Positions 1 through 9,102 of a DNA stretch of 64,000 bases are shown here, piece by piece. The stretch's first letter is position 1; each line of letters opens with the position of its first letter. Below the pieces are notes generated by a model. It made no database searches and was not told where the DNA came from. It was given only the letters and a program-made list of their open reading frames with translations. Source of the DNA: a virus. Taxonomy: Duplodnaviria > Caudoviricetes. The stretch lies in IMG/VR virus record IMGVR_UViG_3300028805_000089, positions 1 through 64,000 of that record, one strand, 5' to 3'. Both the position numbers and the translations under genes were made by a program.

Positions 1-503
1 GCCTGCTAAAGTATTAAAGGACTGTCTCTATCTGGTAATTGATACTACGTAACGAACTATAGACTACAACTTATTATTATATAATATATAACGAAACATC
101 CGCGCAAGTTGATCGGATCCGGTCAGTCGCTGCCGGTCCGGCGGAGCCGAGGCCAGGAAAGTATATATCGCCTATCGTTATATCGACAACCGATATATAA
201 GCTGCTGCGTCCTATTGCATTATTGGATCGTCAATATAATAGAAGAAAGACGCTCCATTGATATTTTCCTACTATTATAAGTATAGGAACACGTTTTTAT
301 GATCGGCCGTTTTTCCCTGGCCAAAGGGAACGGCCGTTTTTTTGTGTAACAATAACAAATAAAAAAGAATAAAGCAAACAGGATGAATAAATAAAAACGC
401 AATAGAAAATGGAAATGACCAAATAAGACAAATAAAAAACCATTGCAAACATGCAGGAAAGGAAATAAACCAAAATTGATCAAAAATTTTTATCAAAAAG
501 CTA

Positions 504-532
504 TTGACTTAAGTCTTATGTCGTGTTATGAT
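504..532 (+). promoter_or_regulatory. Sigma-A-type promoter with extended -10
   Basis: TTGACT-N17-TATGAT with TG at -15/-14, upstream of the GGGAGG RBS of the 588 gene. Confidence 0.7.
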
Positions 533-587
533 TGTATTGTCAAAAGGAACTGACACAAAACGAACGAAACAAGGGAGGCAAAAAAAA

Positions 588-908
588 ATGATCAAGCAAA
601 CACTATCAATCGGATTAAATGACAAGGAAACAAAAAAGCAAGAAATTGAAACAGAGATGGCTTTAGAGATTATTAAAGACTCTATCATGGATTTCGGCTT
701 TGACGGCGCGACAATTATTCCGGGGGCAATCGGAATTTTCCGGCATGCAGACGGGACTGTAGTTATTGAAAACAGTGTCCAGGTTGTTTTTTACGGGGCG
801 GATTCTGCCAACGTCAAGGCGCTTGCCTCAAAGCTCCGGACGGCATTAAATCAAGAGTCTATCGCATATGAAGAGCAAGAAATTTATTCCGAATTTATTG
901 AGGCGTAA
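588..908 (+). CDS. Small early protein, SAM-lyase (T3 SAMase)-like by motif
   Basis: RBS GGGAGG then ATG 588; GIFRH..IENSVQV..ALA..NQESI resembles the G-x-Y/F-R..E-x-T/S-V..LA..Q-D/E pattern of phage SAM lyases (recalled, not searched). Confidence 0.45.
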   Translation: MIKQTLSIGLNDKETKKQEIETEMALEIIKDSIMDFGFDGATIIPGAIGIFRHADGTVVIENSVQVVFYGADSANVKALASKLRTALNQESIAYEEQEIYSEFIEA

Positions 909-1017
909 ACGTGATGTAAACGTGATTTCCTGGACAGGCCCCGCGCTGCGGAGCCTGCGCAGGGCACCAGGTGCCCGGTGTATAGACAAAATCCACAACA
1001 AAAGGAGGACACAAAAA

Positions 1018-1644
1018 ATGTTTAACACAGAATTGGACGCGACGTATCAGAGGGATTTACAGAAGGTATGGCACGGAAACGCACGCATGATTAAATACTG
1101 CACCGACAAAGCCGCACAGATTGTCGGCATGGAAAACGGACGCTATTTCATCATCGAAAAAAAGAAAATCCGGACGGATTTCTGTTTCGGATATTCTCTC
1201 AGCAGATATGACACAGAAGACTTTGACAGAGCAAATGCAGCCGCCAGACACGCAAGCGAAAATACGGATTATTTCATCCGTGAAAATATGAAAGAAATCA
1301 CCGGTCCATTGGATATGCTGGACGACGATCGTTATATGCCTGTGCTTTATGAGCAATATGATTCCGTATACGGCTGCCCGAACCTCTGCGCTCTCAATTT
1401 CCGCCGCGTTGTCGAAATCCTTGAGGACTGCGGAGGATCCGCATACCTGGAAGAACTGAAAGGCACCGACAAGAAAGAAGCAAGAGGCGGAAGAAAATAC
1501 CACATCCTTTCCGACGAAGAAAAAGAGGCGGTCCGAAATGCCTTCAAAGAAGCTGCCGCAAGGCACGAGAAAAAAGTGTTGGCGTATTTGAAGCGATACG
1601 GTCTCAGCAAGGTAAATTCCTGGTCATACTGGCAGGACGAATAA
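1018..1644 (+). CDS. Hypothetical phage protein
   Basis: AGGAGG RBS before ATG 1018; open to TAA. Confidence 0.8.
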   Translation: MFNTELDATYQRDLQKVWHGNARMIKYCTDKAAQIVGMENGRYFIIEKKKIRTDFCFGYSLSRYDTEDFDRANAAARHASENTDYFIRENMKEITGPLDMLDDDRYMPVLYEQYDSVYGCPNLCALNFRRVVEILEDCGGSAYLEELKGTDKKEARGGRKYHILSDEEKEAVRNAFKEAAARHEKKVLAYLKRYGLSKVNSWSYWQDE

Positions 1645-1665
1645 GCAGAAAGGGGAGAAAAAACC

Positions 1666-1893
1666 ATGACAACGAAAGTCAAGCATAACCGCATCCCGCG
1701 CAATTTTAAAAAGATCATCGGCCACATGATCGTTGATTCGTCGGCAGGCAAGCCTGCGCAATGGGAAATTATCAAGCGCACGGACGACGGCGCATACATC
1801 GGGACAAACCTTGAAACCAGAAAAGAGTATCGTATGTTCGTTTCACATCTTCGGAACCCGAATATCTTCAGAATCCAAAACATAATCGTTTAA
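1666..1893 (+). CDS. Hypothetical protein
   Basis: GGGGAG RBS; operon-like spacing. Confidence 0.7.
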   Translation: MTTKVKHNRIPRNFKKIIGHMIVDSSAGKPAQWEIIKRTDDGAYIGTNLETRKEYRMFVSHLRNPNIFRIQNIIV

Positions 1894-1907
1894 AAGGGGG
1901 CATTACA

Positions 1908-2090
1908 ATGAAAAAACGCGGAAAATATTATAAAAGTCTGAAAGAATGGATCAATGCAGGCGGGAACTACAGCATATTACACGCGCCCTGCATTCACATA
2001 TCCGGAAGCGTTCGCGGAATGCGGAAATTGTTCTGGGGCTATGTCTGCGACGTTGTGCGCATCGGAAACTATATCTACAAAGCGTCATAA
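1908..2090 (+). CDS. Hypothetical protein
   Basis: AAGGGGG RBS; operon-like spacing. Confidence 0.65.
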   Translation: MKKRGKYYKSLKEWINAGGNYSILHAPCIHISGSVRGMRKLFWGYVCDVVRIGNYIYKAS

Positions 2091-2108
2091 TAACGGAGGA
2101 AGAAAAAA

Positions 2109-2882
2109 ATGAACATCTCTTCGATGATTGAATCCATAAACCGCATTGACTCCGAAACGTCCGACGCGATAAATAAGCTTGACGAAAATACAAGATTCCT
2201 TTTCAACAAACTGTTGGCCGAGATCGAATCATTCAAGAAGGCGTTAATAAACGAACAATTCCGCCAGAACGCCTCCCGCGCAGGATACAACACTGAATAC
2301 AAGGCCGCATGCCGTCTTCTGAAAAATGCAGCCCGTGACGATCTGCATTTGGCATGGAAGAATGAAAAAGGCCAGGTCTGTGCCTGTGATGGATTTACAG
2401 GCATTCGTCTTACAGAACCGAAGTACGCGCTGCCCTTGCTGGATCATCAAGCCATAGACCTCGACGCCCTTTTCGACAAAACTATTTCCGGAATCTCTGC
2501 AGAAGAAGAAAATATGCCCGATTATTCCGCACTGAAAACGTATTTCAAAACCGTCACCGCAGAATTTAAGGCCAAACACAGTTCCAAAACTCTTTCTGCA
2601 ATCAAATCATGCCACAACGGACTTTTGCCCATCTATTACAGGTTTGAAACCAACGGCGCATATGTATCTGTTGAGTATTTGCTCACGGCCATAGAAATTG
2701 TGCCGGACGCAAAATTATTCACTACGCCGTCTGCTTTCACCCCCGTATACCTGAAAGGGGAAAATGCGGAGGCGATTGTCCTGCCGGTCCGCGTAAACGC
2801 AGATTCCGAATATAGCAGCCGCGCCAATGCAGACAGCGCCGCGCTTCGGTCCGGAACGTACTTTAGCACTATCCCCGTATAA
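2109..2882 (+). CDS. Hypothetical protein
   Basis: GGAGG RBS; 257-aa ORF. Confidence 0.8.
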   Translation: MNISSMIESINRIDSETSDAINKLDENTRFLFNKLLAEIESFKKALINEQFRQNASRAGYNTEYKAACRLLKNAARDDLHLAWKNEKGQVCACDGFTGIRLTEPKYALPLLDHQAIDLDALFDKTISGISAEEENMPDYSALKTYFKTVTAEFKAKHSSKTLSAIKSCHNGLLPIYYRFETNGAYVSVEYLLTAIEIVPDAKLFTTPSAFTPVYLKGENAEAIVLPVRVNADSEYSSRANADSAALRSGTYFSTIPV

Positions 2883-2919
2883 CATTACAAAATTACGAAC
2901 AAACAAGGAGGAAGAAATC

Positions 2920-3708
2920 ATGCTGTATACTACTGACCACACCTGGACCATCCGCGAAATCGAAGCACTGACCGAAGACGAAGCCCGCGCCCTCTCCCTG
3001 GAAACTGTATCCATCAAAGGGCACACCGTTTATCTGGTTGACTTCGGCGGATATTTCAAATACTCAGCGCTGGTATTTCACAGCGGACGCCATATTTACT
3101 ACGCAAACCAGTACGAACTACACTTCAACGGTTATACCCGTGAAGCGCTCCGCTCCCGCTTCATCGAGATCCTTAACGGGAAACTCTTCACGGACGAAGA
3201 AATCACCGGCCCGCTGCACTCATACGCCGAGTACACCAATAAGGCATATTTCATCCGGAATTATTACCCGATGCGCAGAGAATACATTTCCAACTTTTTC
3301 ATCGGACCGGAATCCGAGCGCCAGGCAATTCGCAAAAAAACTGAAACCATGCTGTTTTCTCCGCTTGCATGCGCATGGTTCAGCCCGCAGGAAAAGCCCT
3401 TTGTGGATCACATGCACGCGCTTTACAAAGCCCTGGCGTCTCAGCGCAAAGCCATGGAAACCGATCCGGAATATCTCAAAACCGCGATCCTGTACGAAAT
3501 GTACAACCATGAATACGGCATCAACTGGCAGGGAAACTGGGACGTCCTTTCCTGCTTCGGGACCATCCGCTTCAACGAAAGCGACAATCCCGTTCCGTAT
3601 TTTGATCAACTGAAATGGACCGATTCCCAGCGGTCCGCATTCTGGGCTGCCCGCGCACAGTATAACAAAGAGCAGCGTGAACGGGAAGAGCGGGAGGAAA
3701 CCGCCTGA
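2920..3708 (+). CDS. Hypothetical mobile-element protein
   Basis: AGGAGG RBS before ATG 2920; long ORF with a YEMYNHEYGINWQ motif. Confidence 0.8.
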   Translation: MLYTTDHTWTIREIEALTEDEARALSLETVSIKGHTVYLVDFGGYFKYSALVFHSGRHIYYANQYELHFNGYTREALRSRFIEILNGKLFTDEEITGPLHSYAEYTNKAYFIRNYYPMRREYISNFFIGPESERQAIRKKTETMLFSPLACAWFSPQEKPFVDHMHALYKALASQRKAMETDPEYLKTAILYEMYNHEYGINWQGNWDVLSCFGTIRFNESDNPVPYFDQLKWTDSQRSAFWAARAQYNKEQREREEREETA

Positions 3709-3839
3709 ACCGGGATAAAACGCCGCGCCCGTCCGGCGGAAACAATAGGCGGGCACAACGCCGCCGCATTGCCTGAAAAAACAATTGCCACAGCACATCA
3801 ATGCGTGATAGAATAACATAATCAGAGGAGGATCACATC

Positions 3840-4154
3840 ATGATTTCAATCGGTTACTATAACGGCAAAACGAACACTTCTCCTTACTGCGGCCCCACCG
3901 TCAAAACGATTGCCGAGGCACAAATCTGGCTAAAAAACAATCTCGATTTTCTCGTAAAAAATTCCTATGGCGTTTCGATCTGGGAAACAAACTCATGGGA
4001 TCGCGGCCCCGGCCAGCGTGCCGGAAAACCCAAAGTATATCTTTCATGGCACCGGGACGGGTCTGATTGCTACGGCCAGCTTTTCAATCCGGATACCGGA
4101 TGGCGTTTCACCGTCGGATCGGATAACAAAATACACGAGGATTTTGTAAAATAA
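3840..4154 (+). CDS. Hypothetical protein
   Basis: GAGGAGG RBS; possible promoter TTGCCA-N18-TAGAAT at 3785-3814. Confidence 0.7.
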   Translation: MISIGYYNGKTNTSPYCGPTVKTIAEAQIWLKNNLDFLVKNSYGVSIWETNSWDRGPGQRAGKPKVYLSWHRDGSDCYGQLFNPDTGWRFTVGSDNKIHEDFVK

Positions 4155-4166
4155 AGGAGGTCCGCC

Positions 4167-4394
4167 ATGCCACGAAGCGAAGCCAGCAAAAAACAGCAGT
4201 ACGCTTACAGCAAGGAATACCAGAAAAATTTTGTGGTCCAGAAGAAATTGATCCTGAACCTGAAAAATGAAGAAGACGCCGCTCTGGCTGCATGGATCGA
4301 ATCTCAGCCGGAAATCACGACACAATATATCCGTCGCCTTATCCGTGAGGACATGTCCCGCGCCGCCTCCGAAAAGGAAAAGGCCGAACGATAA
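4167..4394 (+). CDS. Small ribbon-helix-helix-like DNA-binding protein
   Basis: AGGAGG RBS; strand-helix-helix pattern LILNL..EDAALAAWI..TTQYIRRLIRED. Confidence 0.55.
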   Translation: MPRSEASKKQQYAYSKEYQKNFVVQKKLILNLKNEEDAALAAWIESQPEITTQYIRRLIREDMSRAASEKEKAER

Positions 4395-4417
4395 ATCACG
4401 TTTGAAGGGTGATACCA

Positions 4418-4972
4418 ATGCTCAGCGAAAAAGAAAAAGCACGCCGCAAAAACTATCTGCAAAATAATGTCACCGCTTTTGATCTCAAGTTCAGCCTTGT
4501 GAAAGACGGCGATATCCTCGCCAGGCTTGATACAGTTTTTAGCAAGCAAGGATATATCCGGGCTTTGATCCGTAACGACCTTATATCAAAGGGAATTATA
4601 CCCGGGCCCTTTGAACACTACGAATTTCTCAGCCATAGAGGTCCCATAAAGGCCGGACCCTATATGCAGCGTGTCACGCTTAAACTTGTTACCGGCGGCC
4701 CCGATCAGCCGATCATTGACTATCTAAATCAATGCCCCAGCCGCATGAATTATCTTCGCGGGCTAATCCGCCAGGATATTGATTCCGGCGGAATTATAGC
4801 GGAGCGAATGACCGAGGAAAAGCCGTATGTCACCGTCGAAAACGTCTTGGCGTCAGCGGAACGAACCTACGCCCTGCTGCGTGATTTTGTAGCCCAGGAC
4901 AATCAGAACAACACCCAAACAGCGTCCGACGCAATCAAATCCATAACCGCCTGGATCGATGAAAACAAGTGA
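4418..4972 (+). CDS. Protein with two tandem RHH-like units
   Basis: FDLKFS..DILARL..QGYIRALIRND and VTLKL..PIIDYL..NYLRGLIRQD repeats. Confidence 0.55.
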   Translation: MLSEKEKARRKNYLQNNVTAFDLKFSLVKDGDILARLDTVFSKQGYIRALIRNDLISKGIIPGPFEHYEFLSHRGPIKAGPYMQRVTLKLVTGGPDQPIIDYLNQCPSRMNYLRGLIRQDIDSGGIIAERMTEEKPYVTVENVLASAERTYALLRDFVAQDNQNNTQTASDAIKSITAWIDENK

Positions 4973-5002
4973 AAAAACTTTGCGGGAAATCCAATTTCCT
5001 GC

Positions 5003-5031
5003 TTGACATCCGGTGTAAACATGTGTATAAT
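5003..5031 (+). promoter_or_regulatory. Consensus sigma-A promoter
   Basis: TTGACA-N17-TATAAT, with TG dinucleotides at the end of the spacer, upstream of the recombinase RBS. Confidence 0.85.
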
Positions 5032-5060
5032 AAACTTATCAAACGAAAGGAGAAACCGCC

Positions 5061-6008
5061 ATGAAGACCACGCTTTCCACCCTGATCCAGACTTTCCTCG
5101 CCGACTGCGCCACCAACGGAAAGTCCGCATGCACCCTCCAGAATTACCGCACGTCCCTTAACAAATTCCTCGCCTGGGCCGGGGAAGAAACTGAAATCGA
5201 CGGAATCCGCACCGCTGATATCGCGGCCTTCAAGGTTTCCATCGGCGATGTAAAGATCACCACACTGAACTTCCATCTCGAACACCTGCGTATCTTTTTC
5301 GACTGGGCCGTTGGCATGGAAATCATCCCGGTCTCTCCGGTAAAAACCTTCCTCTTCCCGAACAAGAAGAACATCTCCACGGTCCGTAACCGCCCCATCG
5401 AAGAAAAACTGACCGTGGAGGAAGCGGTCAAAATGCTCACGACCGCCAAGCCCACCTGGATGCGCACCCGCACATTCCCCCGGAACCAGGCCGTCTGCGC
5501 GATGCTCATTACTGGTGGTTTCCGCAATCAGGAATTGGCAGCAATAACACCCGCTGACATTGACTTCGAAGTCGGATGTGTAACGATCCGTCACGGCAAA
5601 GGAAACAAATTCCGCACCGTTCCTTTCCCGCTAATTGCGCAGAGCCTCGTTCGCGCCTACCTCGCGTCCGGCTACCGTCCATCCAACCTTACCGACTGGG
5701 ACCCTCTCTTCGGCACCGTCCCGAAGTCCGGCACTGGCTGGACCGTCCTCGACCGTCACGCCCTGTCTGAGATCGTCCGCAGGACCGTGGAAGCTGTTAC
5801 CGACAAGGACAAAATCCGCAGCCACAAACTCCGTCACGCCTTCGCTTCTGTCTCCCGCGAGATGGGCATGGCCAAAGAAGACATTCAGGAATGCCTGGGC
5901 CATGCATCCCTTGATACCACCGAACGCTACCTCGACCGGCTCAATCCCGAAGCTGCCCCGAAGCGTATGAGCGACATGTGGGATCATCTTGGAACCGCCG
6001 CCGGTTAA
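5061..6008 (+). CDS. Tyrosine recombinase (XerC/D-like)
   Basis: Full catalytic set: R (GGFRNQEL), K (GKGNK), HxxR (HKLRH), H (LGHAS), Y (TERYL); N-terminal core-binding domain. Confidence 0.92.
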   Translation: MKTTLSTLIQTFLADCATNGKSACTLQNYRTSLNKFLAWAGEETEIDGIRTADIAAFKVSIGDVKITTLNFHLEHLRIFFDWAVGMEIIPVSPVKTFLFPNKKNISTVRNRPIEEKLTVEEAVKMLTTAKPTWMRTRTFPRNQAVCAMLITGGFRNQELAAITPADIDFEVGCVTIRHGKGNKFRTVPFPLIAQSLVRAYLASGYRPSNLTDWDPLFGTVPKSGTGWTVLDRHALSEIVRRTVEAVTDKDKIRSHKLRHAFASVSREMGMAKEDIQECLGHASLDTTERYLDRLNPEAAPKRMSDMWDHLGTAAG

Positions 6009-6020
6009 TCCGAAATTCTT

Positions 6021-6046
6021 ACCGCCCTGCGGGGCGGTCTTTTTTT
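6021..6046 (+). terminator. Rho-independent terminator
   Basis: ACCGCCC-TGCG-GGGCGGT hairpin followed by a T-tract. Confidence 0.85.
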
Positions 6047-6375
6047 ATTTTCTCCAAATTCAAATCTTTCTTCGTCACGGGGAATAAGTCCCCAGACTTA
6101 GAAGGAAATCCTGTCACGTTTTCTGCCTGGAATTCGTGACATCGCGTCACGGTTCCGTGCTTTTTCTTTTTACCCCTTGCAATCCTGTCAGAAACGGCCC
6201 TGTTTTTCGTCCGGGCGCGTTTTCCCTTGCAACTTATCGTCAAAAATTCAAACGGCTCTATGCCCCTTAAAATCACAACTGAGTATTGCTGTATAATTTG
6301 CATAATATACCATAGCGCGAGGGGACTCCCCTGTGATGGGAGTAGACAATGGTATTATTTTCCATACAGAAAACG

Positions 6376-6402
6376 GGTAACCACGTAGGTAACCATAGAA
6401 AA
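6376..6402 (+). repeat. Integrase arm-type site, left arm
   Basis: GGTAACCACG-TAGG-TAACCATAG; near-identical copy at 6647-6668 on the other side of the core. Confidence 0.7.
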
Positions 6403-6517
6403 TCATTTTTCAAAACGAATCATAATTTTTTATAACGTTTCCATAAATGCCCAGAAGAAAATCTTGTACCGATTCTTTAAACAACCACAATATATAGTAT
6501 ATAAACACAATAAAATA

Positions 6518-6541
6518 CCCTACATCCTGATCGATGTAGGG
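6518..6541 (-). terminator. Terminator downstream of the tRNA 3' fragment
   Basis: CCCTACATC/GATGTAGGG inverted repeat followed on the - strand by a T-rich tract. Confidence 0.7.
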
Positions 6542-6548
6542 TCTCTGA

Positions 6549-6606
6549 CGGAGAAGCCGGGATTTGAACCCGGGCTGCCTTTAACAGCACTACTCCCTTA
6601 GCAGGG
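6549..6606 (-). other. att core: 3' half of tRNA-Ser(GCT)
   Basis: - strand CCCTGCTAAGGGAGTAGTGCTGTTAAAGGCAGCCCGGGTTCAAATCCCGGCTTCTCCG gives anticodon arm, long variable arm, T arm and acceptor 3' strand; no 5' half; 70 bp from the integrase stop. Confidence 0.85.
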
Positions 6607-6646
6607 CTGTCGGAAATGGCTTTATTCCTACGTTTTTGCCCCAAAA

Positions 6647-6668
6647 GGTAACCACGAGATAACCATAG
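6647..6668 (+). repeat. Integrase arm-type site, right arm
   Basis: GGTAACCACG-AGA-TAACCATAG. Confidence 0.7.
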
Positions 6669-6676
6669 CAAAAATA

Positions 6677-7786
6677 TCAAATTCTGTCCACCGCTGCCCT
6701 TTTATCATCCAGCGGCACCCGCACATAATTTTTCAGCGTGGTAAGGTATGACGCATGCCCGCCGACCTCCGCGATAATCCCGCCCTGGACGCCAGCCGAC
6801 GTAAGCCGGGAGAAGAAGAAGTGTCTGCACGTATGCGGCGGCAGTTCCCTGAGACCAGCCCTCCGGATCGTCTTCCAGTACTCAGCGTAGAAATTATCCT
6901 CGTTCATCTCAAGCAGCTTGGACTTTCGCTTCGCCATCAGCACTTCCACTACAGGCACGATGCGCGTATGGATAGGGATTTCCCTGTCTATCCCGGCCTC
7001 CGTTTTGATGCCGCCAACCATGTACCGTTCCTTCAGGAAAATGTTCTCCAGGGGGATAGTCGCCAGTTCCCCGTACCTAAGTCCGGCATAGCACATGATG
7101 AGGATATACCCAGTAAACTGATGGGTCTTATAATCCCCCCACAGCGCGTCCACCTCTTCCTGCGTCCAGCACTCGCGCTTGGCCTTGGGCGCATCGAAGG
7201 GGATGTCCACATACTGCGTCCGGTTGATCTGCACGATGTCACGTTTAATCGCAAGGTCGTACAGGTGCGACAGCAGCACCTTCATATCCCGGGCCGGGTA
7301 GAAGGTAGATGTCCTTAACTCTATCTGCTCTTCGATATCCGAAACCGTCAGGCTGGAAATATCCCTGTATTCGATTTCTGAAAACCGTTTCCATGCGTAT
7401 CCCATCTTGTCCCTTTGCGACCCCGAAAGCTGTTTATACTCATACGTCCCAGTGTATACCGTATACAACTCAATCAGTTTCATGTCCTTAACTTTGGCAG
7501 CGCCAAGCGATTCCGCCTTCATCCCGGCCAGGGCCATGGTGGCGTCCGATTTTTTCGCGAACGTCCTGGTCTTCCTTTTCCTCCGGATTTTTCCGTCCCC
7601 ATCGATCCATGTAGCCACGTTGATGATGGCCTTATATCTTCCGTTTTTTAATTTGATTACAGTTCCGGTCCCGTTGGCCCGTTTCCTGCGGGTCACCGCC
7701 TTCTCCTGCTTCGCCCCGCAGTAAGGACAAAATCCCGCGCCTTCGATATCCGGGATCTCTTTCCCGCACTTCCTGCACTCCTCCAT
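6677..7786 (-). CDS. int: Phage tyrosine integrase
   Basis: R (AGLRYGEL), K (GIKT), HxxR (HTCRH), H (GGHAS), Y (KNYV); N-terminal Zn ribbon and arm-binding domain; AGGAGG RBS. Confidence 0.95.
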   Translation of the reverse strand: MEECRKCGKEIPDIEGAGFCPYCGAKQEKAVTRRKRANGTGTVIKLKNGRYKAIINVATWIDGDGKIRRKRKTRTFAKKSDATMALAGMKAESLGAAKVKDMKLIELYTVYTGTYEYKQLSGSQRDKMGYAWKRFSEIEYRDISSLTVSDIEEQIELRTSTFYPARDMKVLLSHLYDLAIKRDIVQINRTQYVDIPFDAPKAKRECWTQEEVDALWGDYKTHQFTGYILIMCYAGLRYGELATIPLENIFLKERYMVGGIKTEAGIDREIPIHTRIVPVVEVLMAKRKSKLLEMNEDNFYAEYWKTIRRAGLRELPPHTCRHFFFSRLTSAGVQGGIIAEVGGHASYLTTLKNYVRVPLDDKRAAVDRI

Positions 7787-8042
7787 GTCAACCTCCTACC
7801 CGCAAAAGAAAAAAGAAAAGAAGCAAAAGAAAAAAGAAAAGAGATACTATTAACCTATCTATCCATCCATCCGATATATACTAAGCAGCTATCTATAACC
7901 CGATACTTAATATTATACCAAGTAACGGGTTATAAGAAGGGGGGTCTGGGGGGGAACAAACCGCCTATTCCCGGATTTTTATGCAGTTTTACAGACAAAC
8001 TCCGCATTATATTTGTGCATTCTCCACAAAAAACAGCCTTCA

Positions 8043-8300
8043 AAAACCAATTTGGTTTTTCAAAATAACCAATTTGGTTTCTGAAAACCAATTTGGTTTT
8101 CTGTCGGCGATATTTGTACACATTGCCCTAACTGAAACCACAGATATTGTGCGATTAATACAAAAACCCCCGCTTAAAAACCAATTTGGTTTTCTCAAAA
8201 ACCATTTTGGTTTTCGCCTAAAAACCAATTTGGTTTTCCAATAACCAATTTGGTTTTGCCCTGAAAACCAATTTGGTTTTCCAATAACCAATTTGGTTTT
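8043..8300. repeat. Nine copies of the near-palindromic motif (A/T)AACCAATTTGGTTTT
   Basis: Copies near 8043, 8066, 8084, 8177, 8198, 8221, 8242, 8264 and 8285; about 20-22 bp spacing within the two clusters. Confidence 0.9.
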
Positions 8301-8721
8301 TGTCCGGCCTGGATTCTTCTTCACAATCCCCATCGATGCCCTTGCGTATCCGTTCCAGTACCTCCAGGATTTCGTCCCGTTCCTGGTCCCTGGCCAGCAT
8401 GTATTGTTCCACGGCGGATATCAAACATATGATACTTATAAATCCTAAAACAACACCCGCAATGCCGCATACAAACCGTTCCAAACTGTCCGGCTCAAAC
8501 ATAATATAACAAAGATACACAACAGGCCCAAAGATAAAACAGCATACAATCACGGACGTTAAATATGTGGCTGCTTTCCGGTAGATCCAGCGCGGTCGCG
8601 GGGCAGAGTCCCTGTTCCACCCGGAACTTTTTTCCTTTTCAGGCTTTGGCGTCATTGGCGACATCTGCATTGTCAACACTCCCGTTTTCAGGCATTTTTG
8701 TGCATTTTTCAAAATTTCCAA
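8218..8721 (-). CDS. Two-TM membrane protein (possible immunity/exclusion protein)
   Basis: Two hydrophobic helices; downstream of the repressor on the same strand; C-terminus runs into the repeat cluster and ends at TAG. Confidence 0.55.
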   Translation of the reverse strand: MEILKNAQKCLKTGVLTMQMSPMTPKPEKEKSSGWNRDSAPRPRWIYRKAATYLTSVIVCCFIFGPVVYLCYIMFEPDSLERFVCGIAGVVLGFISIICLISAVEQYMLARDQERDEILEVLERIRKGIDGDCEEESRPDKNQIGYWKTKLVFRAKPNWLLENQIGF

Positions 8722-8910
8722 TATTAACTAACTATCTGTGTATAATCGGAAACCAATTGTGGATAAATTAACGCAATGTGCGAAAATAAGCGAAAGCCAT
8801 ATTGCGCATCTTGCGTAAATGCGCTATGCTTTTTTCTGACAGGCCGGTCACATCTTATGGATCTTCTGGACGTTAGTTAGGATCATCCGATCCGGAAAGG
8901 AAACCCGTTT

Positions 8911-9102
8911 ATGTTCACTGAATCCCAAATCAAACAGTTCAACATCCACCCGGATACCGTTGAATTATTTGCCATGATCGCTGAAATGACGCCGGAGCAG
9001 TTTAGGAAATTCATCAATCTTGCTCGTGCTTACTTGAAAGATAAGCAAGACGTTTCAATGCGGCGCGGGTCTCAGGATCATGGCAATAGATCATCAGCAT
9101 GA
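8911..9102 (+). CDS. Small hypothetical protein
   Basis: GAAAGGA RBS; 63 aa; overlaps the repressor 3' end. Confidence 0.5.
   Translation: MFTESQIKQFNIHPDTVELFAMIAEMTPEQFRKFINLARAYLKDKQDVSMRRGSQDHGNRSSA

Noticed and set aside
6549-6606. Functional tRNA-Ser, or the source of Ser-inserting amber suppression
   Set aside because: Only the 3' half is present and the anticodon is GCT, not CTA; it is explained as the att core
8040-8333. Repeat-encoded ORFs (KNQIGF/KPNWF) as real proteins
   Set aside because: They arise in several frames from the palindromic DNA repeat, which lacks stops; DNA-level function is more parsimonious
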